From Heterodontus francisci (lineage: Eukaryota): 64,000 bases of DNA. Positions 23,435-35,396 of this stretch are shown here, piece after piece. Below the pieces are notes generated by a model, which saw only the letters and a list, made by a program, of their open reading frames with translations, was not told the origin of the DNA and did no database searches. The stretch lies in contig NC_090387.1 of NCBI RefSeq assembly GCF_036365525.1, positions 71,015,535-71,079,534 of the forward strand, given 5' to 3'. Made by a program: the position numbers and the translations under genes. Numbering within the stretch: position 1 is the first letter of the stretch; each line of letters opens with the position of its first letter.

Positions 23435-23856
23435 GATTTTTATTTCTGTAGCTGGAGTCACAGGACGCAATATCACTTCAGTTTAAGCCACATGGTAGAC
23501 TCGATAAGCCCTCATGTATGAGATTCATTCATTTGCTTTTACACCGGTCTTAAAACTGAAACTGTTCTGGTCTTCAGAAGATGCCTTAAATCAGTCAAGC
23601 TCGTCAAGTATTCACAGTTAACTTCTGTCTTATATGGTTCTCATTAACAAATCAGTGGACGAGCCTCTAACTGCAGACAGAGCTTTCCACACTGGGAGCG
23701 GTGGTAGGTACACAAAAAGGAGACAGCCTCGCTTGTGACGTGAGCAGCTGTACCGTCGCAATTATGCGGCGGGTGGTGATTTTACATAATGGCGCCAGTC
23801 ATTCCCCTCCCCCTCCACCCCAACCTTGTAGTGGGGGGGCAGCAATTGAGATGCCA

Positions 23857-24536
23857 GCTGGAATTTTACGGTTATTGGATGGGAGCCAGACTCCGACGTG
23901 AAAGTCGATGGTGAACCCCCTTCCGCCTAGCCCGGGGATCCGTCCCGTATTTTATGGGTCCCCAGGCTTTAATTGTCCCGAGGCCGGATTTCAACCCACT
24001 TGATTGCCAGCCAATCAGCAGGCCGGCAGCTCTTCATCCCAGTAGCGCCTCCGAGAGCCGTGGCCACTGTTGGGACTGCAGCCCAGTCAACACCATGGAT
24101 CGAGGAGGGAACGTAAGTAGCGGCATGCCTCACCAGTGGGATCGGTCCTTCACTGGTGAGGATGGAGTGGTCGTTTGGGGGGAGGGGGGCTGCCCACAAT
24201 CGGGCATCCTGTGCCCAACAGCCATGCCCCTCCCCGGGGCACGGAAAGGCTGGCAGCTATCGCTGGTCGGCCTTTCACATCCCCAGTACACCGCTTGCCA
24301 GGGGTAAAATACCCATGGAGGCTGGCAAGGGCCCTTAAGTGGCCATTAAGTGGCCAATTAAGGGCCTTGATTGGCCTCGGATGGTCGGGCCATTTTCCAC
24401 CCCCCACCTGACACTGTAAACTGGTCCGGAGGTGGAGGCAGAAGCGGGGCCGGTAGGCCTCCCGGAGCCTGCCGCTCAATTTTAAGCCACCCCTATGCCA
24501 CCATCCGACCCGCTGGGGCAGCGTAAAATTCAGCCC
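23857..24536. mobile_element. GC-rich non-autonomous DNA transposon (MITE-like)
   Basis: Inverted ends GCTGGAATTTTACG / CGTAAAATTCAGCCC, similar to the ends of 58964-59722. Confidence 0.6.
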
Positions 24537-24559
24537 GCCATTCACTGCGTTACCTGATG

Positions 24560-27215
24560 TTCTCCCCAGTCACACACAAGTCCCTTGCAGAGCTCCCCCC
24601 CAGACACACACACACAAGTTCCAGGCAGAGCTCCCCCCGGTCACACATACACAAGCCTCTTGCAGAGCTCCCCCCGGTCACACATACACAAGCCTCTTGC
24701 AGAGCTCCCCCCAGTCACACACACACAAGTTCCAGGCAGAGCTCCCCCCGGTCACACATACACAAGCCTCTTGCAGAGCTCCCCCCCAGTCACACACACA
24801 CAAGTTCCAGGCAGAGCTCCCCCCGGTCACACATACACAAGTCTCTTGCAGAGCTCCCCCCCAGTCACACACACACGTTCCAGGCAGAGCTCCCCCCGGT
24901 CACACATACACAAGCCCCTTGCAAAGTTCCCCCCAGTCTCACACACACACACAAGCCCCTTGCAAAGCTCCCCCCATCATACACAAGCCCCTTGCAGAGC
25001 TCCCTCAAGTCACACACACACACAAGCCCCTTGCAGAGCTCCCCCCAGTCACACACACACAAGCCCCTTGCAGAGCTCCCCCCATCATACACAAGACCCT
25101 TGCAGAGCTCCCCCCATCATACACAAGACCCTTGCAGAGCTCCCCCATCATACACAAGCCCCTTGCAAAGTTCCCCCCAGTCTCACACACACACACAAGC
25201 CCCTTGCAAAGCTCCCCCCATCATACACAAGCCCCTTGCAGAGCTCCCCCAAGTCACACACACACACAAGCCCCTTGCAGAGCTCCCCCCATCATACACA
25301 AGACCCTTGCAAAGCTCCCTCCAGTCACACACACACACAAGCCCCTTGCAGAGATCCTCCCAGTCACACACACACAAGCCCCTTGCAGAGCTCCCCCCAG
25401 TCACACACACACAAGCCCCTTGCAGAGCTCCCCCTAGTCACACACGCACACAAGCCCCTTGCAGAACTCCCCCCAGTCACACACACACACAAGCCCCTTG
25501 CAGAACTCCCCCCATCATACACAAGACCCTTGCAAAGCTCCCTCCAGTCACACACACACACAAGCCCCTTGCAGAGATCCTCCCAGTCACACACACACAA
25601 GCCCCTTGCAGAGCTCCCCCCAGTCACACACACACAAGCCCCTTGCAGAGCTCCCCCTAGTCACACACGCACACAAGCCCCTTGCAGAACTCCCCCCAGT
25701 CACACACACACACAAGCCCCTTGCAGAACTCCCTCTTGTCACACACGCACACAAGCCCATTGCAGACCTCCCCCCAGTCACACACACACACAAGCCCCTT
25801 GCAGACCTCCCCCCAGTCACACACACACACAAACCCCTTGCAGACCTCCCCCCAGTCACACATACACAAGCGCCTTGCAGAGCTCTGCTAAGTCACACAC
25901 AAGCCCCTTGCAGAACTCCCCCCAGTCACACACAAGCCCCTTGCAGACCTCCCCCCAGTCACACACACACACAAGCCCTTTGTAGACCTCCCCCCAGTCA
26001 CACACACACACAAGCCCCTTGCAGAGATCCTCCCAGTCACACACACACACAAGCCCCTTTCAAAGCTCCCCCCGGTCACACACACACACAAGCCCCTTGC
26101 AGAGCTCCCCCAAGTCACACACACACACAAGCCCCTTTCAAAGCTCCCCCCAGTCACACACACACACAAGCCCCTTTCAAAGCTCCCCCCAGTCACACAC
26201 ACACAAGAACGTTGCAGAGCTCCCCCCATCATACACAAGCCCCTTGCAAAGCTCCCTCCAGTCACATACACACACAAGCCCCTTGCAGAGCTCCCCCCAG
26301 TCACACACGCACACAAGCCCGTTGTAGACCTCCCCCCAGTCACACACGCACACAAGCCCGTTGCAGAACTCCCCCCAGTCACACACGCACACAAGCCCGT
26401 TGCAGAGCTCCCCCCAGTCACACACGCAAACAAGCCCGTTGCAGACCTCCCCCCAGTCACACACGCACACAAGCCCGTTGCAGACCTCCCCCCAGTCACA
26501 CACACACACAAGCCCCTTGCAGAGCTCCCCCCAGTCACACACGCACACAAGCCCGTTGCAGACCTCCCCCCAGTCACACACGCACACAAGCCCATTGCAG
26601 ACCTCCCCCCAGTCACACACACACACAAGCCCCTTGCAGAACTCCCTCTAGTCACACACGCACACAAGCCCCTTGCAGAGCTCCCCCCAGTCACACACGC
26701 ACACAAGCCCATTGCAGACCTCCCCCCAGTCACACACACACACAAGCGCCTTGCAGAACTCCCCCTAGTCACACACACACACACAAGCCCCTTGCAGAGC
26801 TCCCCCCAGTCACACACGCACACAAGCCCATTGCAGACCTCCCCCCAGTCACACACACACACAAGCCCCTTGCAGAACTCCCCCTAGTCACACACGCACA
26901 CAAGCCCCTTGCAGAGCTCCCCCCAGTCACACACGCACACAAGCCCGTTGCAGACCTCCCCCCAGTCACACACACACACAAGCCCCTTGCAGAACTCCGT
27001 CTAGTCACACACACACACAAGCCCCTTGCAGAACTCCTCCTAGTCACACACGCACACAAGCCCCTTGCAAAGCTCCCCCCAGTCACACACATACACAAGC
27101 GCCTTGCAGAGCTCCCCCCAGTCACACACACACAAGCCCCTTGCAGACCTCCCCCCAGTCACACACACACACAAGCCCCTTGCAGAGCTCCCTCCATTCA
27201 CACACAAGCCCCTTG
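24560..27215. repeat. ~31-38 bp C-rich minisatellite, roughly 75 units
   Basis: Unit (CA)nAGCCCCTTGCAGAGCTCCCCCCAGT with variants; explains all long ORFs in this interval. Confidence 0.97.
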
Positions 27216-27672
27216 GACATTCAGCAGATTGACAATGGTCACTGTAAAATCCACTTCCCCTATGCTACTCTAGTTAGGTTGCCTTCCCTTTCGCAACATC
27301 AAGGACTCTTGCCTCGGTGGCACCAGCTTTTCAAAGTCATGAAACTGAAGGTACATGTGTGCCACACATCAGCCACAAAATTGAGAAACTGTCATTGGAT
27401 TGCAGGGAATTAGATTCAAATTTATTTAAAGCAGCATTTCAAACATTTAAATTACAATGCCATCGCGTCGGGGCTTCAATATCGCCATGGTATTTCCCCA
27501 CCTCTGTCAGAATCGGCACACAGCGGTACGGTGCCAGGTTTCGTGGCAGACTGCTGAGCAGAGATTCTCCACCACCCCATGCCATCGAACCCACGTCCAA
27601 CAAGAAAATAAAATTCAGCCTGTAGGTTTCATACCCCACATCGGCTCTTCCCTACAGTCCTTCCTGTGGGAG

Positions 27673-28452
27673 TGTAAGAAATGGGACCTTTTAATAAGTG
27701 ATACTTCTTCGAGTAATATAGAATTCTTATAGAACAGTAGGCATAGTATGAAACTGACCCACAGAAAAGATGTTTTCCTCTCTCTCAAAGGGACAGAGAA
27801 GCAGTTCCTAACACTAGGGTCATTACTGGTGCAAACAAGATAGGGGGAAGAGAAGTATGACATTTTTGAGGAGGTCAAATGGAAGCCACAAGACAACATA
27901 GATATTCCTAAGTTGATGGGAAGGGATCATCTGCTGCCTTGTGTCCCCTTTTATCTGTACAAGTGCCTGGTAAAGGCTGACAAATGGCCTCCAGTACTAA
28001 GTAAACTGAAAGATGACCTCGGGCTAAAGTGACGAACAAGGGGAGGTGACCACTCTGACTTTTCAGGTACCTGTCCTGTAGTCATTGATCAGAAGGGTTC
28101 AAACAAGTGATTGGCAAATGGTGAACTACCAACCCCCCAAAATAAGGTATATCAATGGATATAAAGGAGCAGAGAGAGCTGCAGCCTCCATCTGTCAGAA
28201 GATAGAGAGCTTCCCGACACCTCAGCAAACTGGAGGAGACGAAAAGACAAAGAGAGAGAGAGAGAGAAGGCTGCCCTTCCAGTTGCAGAGATCAACTGCA
28301 AAAGACTGTCATCCACAGCTACATTCGCTCATTCATTCTCCTGGATCAGTATTCTCACCTGTCACCGGTCATATACTTCTGTCTATTTAGCTTATGCATC
28401 ATTTTAAACTGTTGCGTCTTAATAAACTTAACACATGAACCTAAATATTACA
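27673..28452 (+). mobile_element. Solo LTR
   Basis: TGTAAG...ATTACA termini, TATAAA at ~28161, AATAAA at 28421. Flanks GGGAG/GAAAG are only an imperfect TSD. Confidence 0.6.
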
Positions 28453-30167
28453 GAAAGCATCTCCTGGTTAAGTGGCGTTGAAAGTCCCAAATAACTTCTG
28501 TAATAGCAGGTAACAGAGTCACGGCATTGTGCAACTTGGAATATTCAGACTGGAATTCATAAGTTGTACTGATTCGAAGCCAGGCTAAAAATCTCATTCA
28601 GTGCGCTGCTCTGTGTTTGTTCCAAACTCTTGGAAAGTTTAGCACTGGGCAACTGTGGCTGACCAATCCAGAAATTTGCATGCTGTGCCATCTGGCTTGT
28701 GTGGTATAAACCAGAGGGCACAGTACAGAATCCTGCCATTAACTATCTATGCTAATCCTAGATCCTGTGTCTTGGTGATGTTAGGAAAGTTCCTCTGTGT
28801 TTTGTTAAATATATTTTTTGAGGATTCAGTTTTGAAAGATTGAAGAAATGTTAAACTTTGAGTTTTCCAAATTGGTCCTGAAAAGGCCACTTGACTTTGA
28901 AAAACTGATGAGGGTGGAAGTAAGGTCCGCAAGCCTAAGTGTTACCATTGTCACAAGGTGGGACACATTTGTGTAGAATGCTGGAAGTTGCGAGGTAAAC
29001 CCATGTGACTTATTGGGGTTCACAATGCCGATGCAGAGAAAGGGGCCCTGACCAAAAGTACGACAGATCAGGCTGTATCTCTGACTGCAGCTATAAGGCT
29101 AAATACAAAAACCACTTGAATGCAGGGGTTGTGAATAAGAAACCTGAGAGTTACAGGGAATTCTGATCAAAAGGAAAAGTAACTCCTTATCCCTCAAGTA
29201 ACTCAGGCAAATCTTTCGTTGTACTTAGGGATACAGAAGCCACCCAAACTGTTTTGCTGGGGTAACGCATAATATTTCCACCAGAGAGTGCACTGAATGC
29301 TAAACCTTTAATGAATGGTATTGGCAGGGAGCATATACCCGTACCTTTGTATCGGGTGCACCGAGAGGGTGACCTAATGTCTGGAACGGTAACTGTAGGA
29401 GTTGTCCATGGTTATGCAGTAGATGGAGTTGACCTACTCCTGGGGAATGATTTGGCTGGTGTGAAGGTAATACCTTCTCCAGTAGTCACAGAAAAACCAA
29501 GTAAAGTTAAGGAGATGGAACAGTTGCAGGAAAAGTTTCCAGGAATTTTTCCTTCATGTGCAGTGACCCGAGCAATAGCTGTACAAGTTCCATTGTCAGA
29601 GGTAAAATTGGCACCACCATCATATAGTTGAATATCTGAAACATTTTTTGGGATTTGGATAATCTGAAGGAAATGTTTAATAAGGCTTCTCTGATCACGG
29701 CTCAGTAAGGTGATCCAGAGTTAAATAAAGTGGCACAATCTGCTCTAACAGAAGCTGAAGCAAAAGGAGTTCCAGAAGGCTATTATATTAAAAATGGGGT
29801 CCTGATGAGGAAGTGGAGACCTCCTCACAGACATGGACGAAGAATGGATGGTAGTTCATCAGGTAGGGGCTCCGCCAAAGTATCGTCGGGAACTATTAAG
29901 GATAGCACATGAAATTCCCATAGGGGGACATGTGGGGATCCGGAAGACCAAATCATATATCAGTCGACATTTTTACTGGCCAGGTCTTTCCAAGGATGTG
30001 GTGCAGTTTCATAAAACAGGTCATACATGCCAGATCGTGGGAAAACCGCCACATGCCATAAAACTGGCACCTCTAATTCCCATACCAGTTATTGGGGAAC
30101 CATTTAGTAGAGTTTTGGTAGACCGTGTAGGAACTTTATCGAAAACAAAAGCAGGAAACCAATACAT

Positions 30168-31106
30168 TTTTATAAATGACCTGGATGAGGGTGTAGAAGG
30201 GTGGGTTAGTAAATTTGCGGATGACACGAAGGTCGGTGGAGTTGTGGATAGTGCCGAAGGATGTTGTAGGTTACAGAGGGACATAGATAGGCTGCAGAGC
30301 TGGGCTGAGAGATGGCAAATGGAGTTTAATGCGGAGAAGTGTGAGGTGATTCACTTTGGAAGGAGTAACAGCAATGCAGAGTACTGGGCTAATGGGAAGA
30401 TTCTTGGTAGTGTAGATGAGCAGAGAGATCTTGGTGTCCAGGTACATAAATCCCTGAAAGTTGCCACCCAGGTTAATAGAGCTGTTAAGAAGGCATATGG
30501 TGTGTTAGCTTTTATTAGTAGGGGGATCGAGTTGCGGAGCCACGAGGTCATGCTGCAGCTGTACAGAACTCTGGTGCGGCCGCACCTGGAGTATTGTGTG
30601 CAGTTCTGGTCACCGCATTATAGGAAGGATGTGGAAGCTTTGGAAAAGGTGCAGAGGAGATTTACTAGGATGTTGCCTGGTATGGAGGGAAGGTCTTACG
30701 AGGAAAGGCTGAGGGACTTGAGGTTGTTTTCGTTAGAGAGAAGGAGGAGAAGAGGTGACTTAATAGAGACATACAAGATAATCAGAGGGCTGGACAGGGT
30801 GGATAGTGAGAGCCTTTTTCCTCGGATGGTGATGGCAAACACGAGGGGACATAGCTTTAAGTTGAGGGGTGATAGATATAGGACAGATGTCAGAGGTAGT
30901 TTCTTTACACAGAGAGTAGTAGGGGCGTGGAACACCCTGCCTGCAACAGTAGTAGACTCGCCAACTTTAAGGGCATTTAAGTGGTCATTGGATAGACATA
31001 TGGATGAAAATGGAATAGTGTAGGTCAGATGGTTTCACAGGTCGGCGCAACATCGAGGGCTGAAGGGCCTGTACTGCGCTGTAATGTTCTATGTTCTATG
31101 TTCTAT
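30168..31106 (+). mobile_element. Young 5'-truncated CR1 inserted in the Gypsy integrase
   Basis: Stop-free RT C-terminus and (ATGTTCT)n tail. The host frame GNQY|ILTVMD resumes at 31107. Confidence 0.93.
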
Positions 31107-32696
31107 ATACTCACTGTCATGGATGTAGCTTCTCGGTTCCCAGAGGCCATTCCCTTGAGAACAATTTCTGCGAAGTTAACCCAGTTCATCACTAGATATG
31201 GATTACTGATTGAGAATTAGGCTGGATCAAGGTTCCAATTTTATGTGTAAATTTTTTCAGAAAGTTATGGGTAATTTGGGCATAAAACAGTTAAATTCTT
31301 CAGCATACCACCCACAGACACAAAGAACTTTAGAAAGGTACCATTAGACCCTCAAAACAATGATCAGGGCAAACTGTCATGAATATCCCCATGATTGGGA
31401 TAAAGGGTCAGAATTTCTTTTGTTTACCACAAGGGATTCACCTAATGAATCTACCAGTTTTAGTCCTTTTGAATTAGTTTACGGACATGAGATAAGAGGT
31501 CATCTAAAACTAATTAAAGAAAGGTTTTTAGAACAGAGGGATGAATCTTCCATGTTAGATTATGTATCCGTGTTCCGGGAATGGCTCATGAGAGCTTGCA
31601 ACGTGGCTCAGCCTTAAAGCTTCCCAAACAACTGAGAAGAAATGGGCAGACAAGCATGCCAAGACCCGAACATTTCAACCAGGGGGATGAGGTATTAGCA
31701 TTACTATCTTTACAGGATGAACCATTGAAAGCACGGTGCAGTGGTCCATATAATGTGGTCAAGAGAATTGGTAAAGTAAATTATTTGATTGACACTCCAG
31801 ATCGCTGGAATAAGAATCGGCTGCATCATTTCAGTATGTTGAAACAATATCATCGCCAGGAGCAGGATAAGCAAGCAAGGTATGTCAGGAGATAGGGATA
31901 ATGAAAGATGAAAGGGTTAGTGAGGAAGAGGCAGAAGGAGGCCTAGACAATTCTCAGATTGAACCTCCTGCTATGCAGTTAGCTAATACTGAATGGTAGG
32001 GAGATTGGACATTATGCTTTCATATTATATGCAGAACAACAAGAAGACCTAACAAGGCTAGTCACAGCAATTAAAAGAGTCTGTAGGGATAAGCCAGGAT
32101 GTACAACCTTAGCCATACATGATGTGGATGTCGGGAAATCCTTTCCTATAAAACAGCATCCTTATCAATTAAGTCCAGAGAAACAGGCCCAGATAAAAGC
32201 AGAAATCCAATACATGTTGGGAAACCACCTAATTGAACCAAGTCAAAGCAGCTGGAGTTCACTAGTAGCATTAGTGCCTAAAACTGCCAGTTCAACTAGA
32301 TTTTGCATAGACTATAGAAAAGTTAATGCAGTAACAAAGACAGATTCCTACCCAATATCTCATTTGGAAGACTGTATTGACAGAGTGGGCAGTGCCATGT
32401 TTATTATAAAAATAGACATGTTAAAGGGATATTGGCAGGTTCCTTTAACACCCCGAGCTAAAGAAATATCGGCCTTTGTCACACCAGATGGTCTTTTCCA
32501 ATGCTGGGTGATGCCATTTGGGCTAAAAAATGCCCCAGCATCCGAGATTAATGAGCCAAGTGGTAACCAGTGTTCCGAACTGTGTAGTTTACCTTGATGA
32601 TGTGCTGGTATAAAATGACACTTGGAAGGACCACTTGGAACAATTAGAAGCTCTGTTTAGAAAATTATAATTGCCTAATTTAGTAATAAACCTTGC

Positions 32697-34445
32697 TGTT
32701 ATGACCAGGTGAGAAGGGGTCTAGGGGTTCCCTCTCAGTCTTTGCCTGGTTTAACCGTAACAGAATTTAATGTTAAAACACCATGATTTTAGTTCCCCCT
32801 TAGTGAATCCTTGTTCACTGCTCCAATTGTAAGGCAAAGAAATCAAACAGTTTCCTTAGATTTGAACAAGAAAGGTAGAAGTTTATTAATCTTAAACTCT
32901 AATCCGGTTAACGACTATGAGTATGTGAAACAATCACGCTAGCATGCATACATGATAAACACACATGCAGATAGAGACAAAAAACTAGAAGAAATAAAAG
33001 GGAAAAGTTTGAGGCAATATCTGGTAGTTACAGTCCTTTAAGTTCAATATGGATTCTTTCGTTGCCGGTGAGTCTTGTAATTCATTGGGGCCCAGTTCAC
33101 GCTTCAACTTATTCTGAAGTAGGATTCTTTTCTCTCTTGAGGTTTACGTGTCTTCTGTGGGTCCGGTGGTTTGGGAGAAAGCAAGAGAGAGGCTTCCTTG
33201 TTCCAGTTTCAGTTGCACACTGCCTTCTGAATTCCAACTGACCTGTGGCTAGTTCAAAAAACCTGGACCAGCCAGTTAGTCATGTGACCAGCTGGTTTAA
33301 CTAGTCCTGGCTCTGTGGATTGTATTATCTTAGCAGGGCCTGGAAGGTATTTCCTTACACCTTCAATGTCTGATGATCAAAATCCATTTGGGTTAACTGG
33401 AGCAGGGAATAGACCTTTGTCTCCACAAGCAGCATCTCTTAGTATGCAAATATCCTTCCAGCCCAGTGTCTGGTGATCTTCAAACAAGTCATTTCTTCAA
33501 TAAAAGCAAAATACTGCAGATGCTGGAAATCTGAAATAAAAACAAGAAATGCTGGAAATACTCAGCAGGTCTGGTAGCATCTGTGCAGAGAGAAGCAGAG
33601 TTAACGTTTCAGGTCAGAGACCCTTCTTCGGAACTGACAAATATTAGAAATGTAAAAGGTTTTAAGCAAGTAAAGCGGGGGTGGGGCAAGAGATAGCAAA
33701 GGTGAAGGTGTTGATAGGACAGGATCACAGAGAATAACTGACCAGAAGGTCATGGAACAAATGCGAACGGTATGTTAATGGTGTGCTGAAAGACAAAGCG
33801 TTAGTGCAGAGAGGGTGTTAATGACTGTAAAGCGCAGAGCACTCCAAGCATTAAAAAAAAAACAGTGGGTAAGCACAATGGAAACAAACTAAACAAACTG
33901 AAAAACCTAAAATTAAATAACCAAATAAAAAAGGAAAAGGAAAAAAAACAAAAAAATAACAGCATATAAAGGGGGACCCGTCATGCTCCAATGTGCTTAC
34001 CCACTGTTTTGTTTTTTTCATGTGTTTTTTTATGTTTGTGCTTGGAGTGCTCTGTGCTTTGCATTCATTCACACCCTCTCTGTACTATCACTTTGTCTTT
34101 CAGCACACCATTAACATACCATTTGCCTTTGTTCCATGACCTTCTGGTCAGTTATTCTCTGTGGCCTTGTCCAATGTACACCTTTTGTTTTGTGATCTCT
34201 TGCCCCACCCCCACTTTACTTGCTTAAAATCTTTTACATTTCTAATATTTGTCAGTTCTGAAGAAGGGTCTCTGATCTAAAACGTTAACTCTGCTTCTCT
34301 CTGTATAGATGCTGCCAGACCTGCTGAGTATTTCCAGCATTTCTTGTTTTTAAGTCATTTCTTCACTCCAGCAACAGTTTAAAATCAATGTTCATATGAC
34401 AAAATTAATATGCCTCATTCTTAGCAGGTGGGGATCTGCATGACA
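32697..34445 (-). mobile_element. Solo LTR inserted in the Gypsy RT (orientation inferred)
   Basis: TGTTATGA...CATGACA termini with 4-bp TSD TTGC (32693-32696, 34446-34449). Host frame NLAKSEF is restored on removal. Confidence 0.85.
33500..34351. mobile_element. Penelope pLTR insertion with inverted duplication
   Basis: Arms ~33538-33877 and ~33991-34351 are inverted copies. 14-bp TSD AAGTCATTTCTTCA (33486-33499, 34352-34365). Confidence 0.88.
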
Positions 34446-34531
34446 TTGCCAAAAGTGAATTTGCAAAAGCGAGAGTGACCTACCTCGGTATATAGTAGGG
34501 CAAGGACAAGTTTGCCAAGAACAGTGGTAGA

Positions 34532-34887
34532 GCGGCACAGTGGCGCAGTGGTTAGCACTGCAGCCTCACAGCTCCAGGGACCCGGGTTCGATTCTGGATA
34601 CTGCCTGTGTGGAGTTTGCAAGTTCTCCCTGTGTCTGCGTGGGTTTTCTCCGGGTGCTCCGGTTTCCTCCCACAAGCCAAAAGACTTGCAGGTTGATAGG
34701 TAAATTGGCCATTATAAATTGTCACTAGTATAGGTAGGTGCTAGGGAAATATAAGGACAGGTGGGGATGTTTGGTAGGAATATGGGATTAGTGTAGGATT
34801 AGTATAAATGGGTGGTTGATGGTCGGCACAGACTCGGTGGGCCGAAGGGCCTGTTTCAGTGCTGTATCTCTAATCTAATCTAATCTA
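34532..34887 (+). mobile_element. HE1-type V-SINE (tRNA head, V domain, CR1-like tail)
   Basis: A box TGGCGCAGTGG, B box GGTTCGATTC, V domain gtgtggagtttgca...ctccggtttcctcccaca, (CTAAT)n tail. Confidence 0.9.
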
Positions 34888-35396
34888 CACGCATTGCTGG
34901 AGTTCCCTACCCCTAAGACTGAGTGGTAAATCATGAGGTTTTGGGAGATGTGTGGTTTCTACTGAAAGTTTGTACCAAATTTTAGCACTATAGCTGCTTT
35001 ACTGACAGATTTACTATGAAGAAAACCCAAGATAGTGTGGTCAGGGGATTGTTAAACATCTTTTGAGAGGCTGAAAGCCATTTTGATTAATGAACCAGTG
35101 TTGGATGCTCCAAATTTCACGAAGCCCTTCAAGGTAGCAATTGATGCTAGTGACCTGGGGGTCAGTGCAGTCCTGTTACAAGACGATGAATCGAGCATAG
35201 AAAGGCCAACAGGAAACACTTCCAAAAAGCTAAATTGTCATCAAAAAAGATATTCAACAGTGGAATAAGAAACCCTAGGTTGATTATTGGTTCTTAAGTA
35301 TTTTGAAGTCTATGTCCGCCATGACTACAGAGAGACACTGGTATATACAGATCATAACCCCCTAGCATTTCTGAAAAAATTTAAAAACCAGAATAC

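Noticed and set aside
24557-27273. Long ORFs (367-604 aa) rich in H/T/P/S/C, mucin- or extensin-like
   Set aside because: Open in several frames on both strands because the minisatellite has few stop codons; unit lengths are not multiples of three.
34532-34600. tRNA genes (also ~55460-55550, ~17230-17310, ~62490-62562)
   Set aside because: A/B boxes belong to SINE/LINE heads; no complete cloverleaf with terminator.
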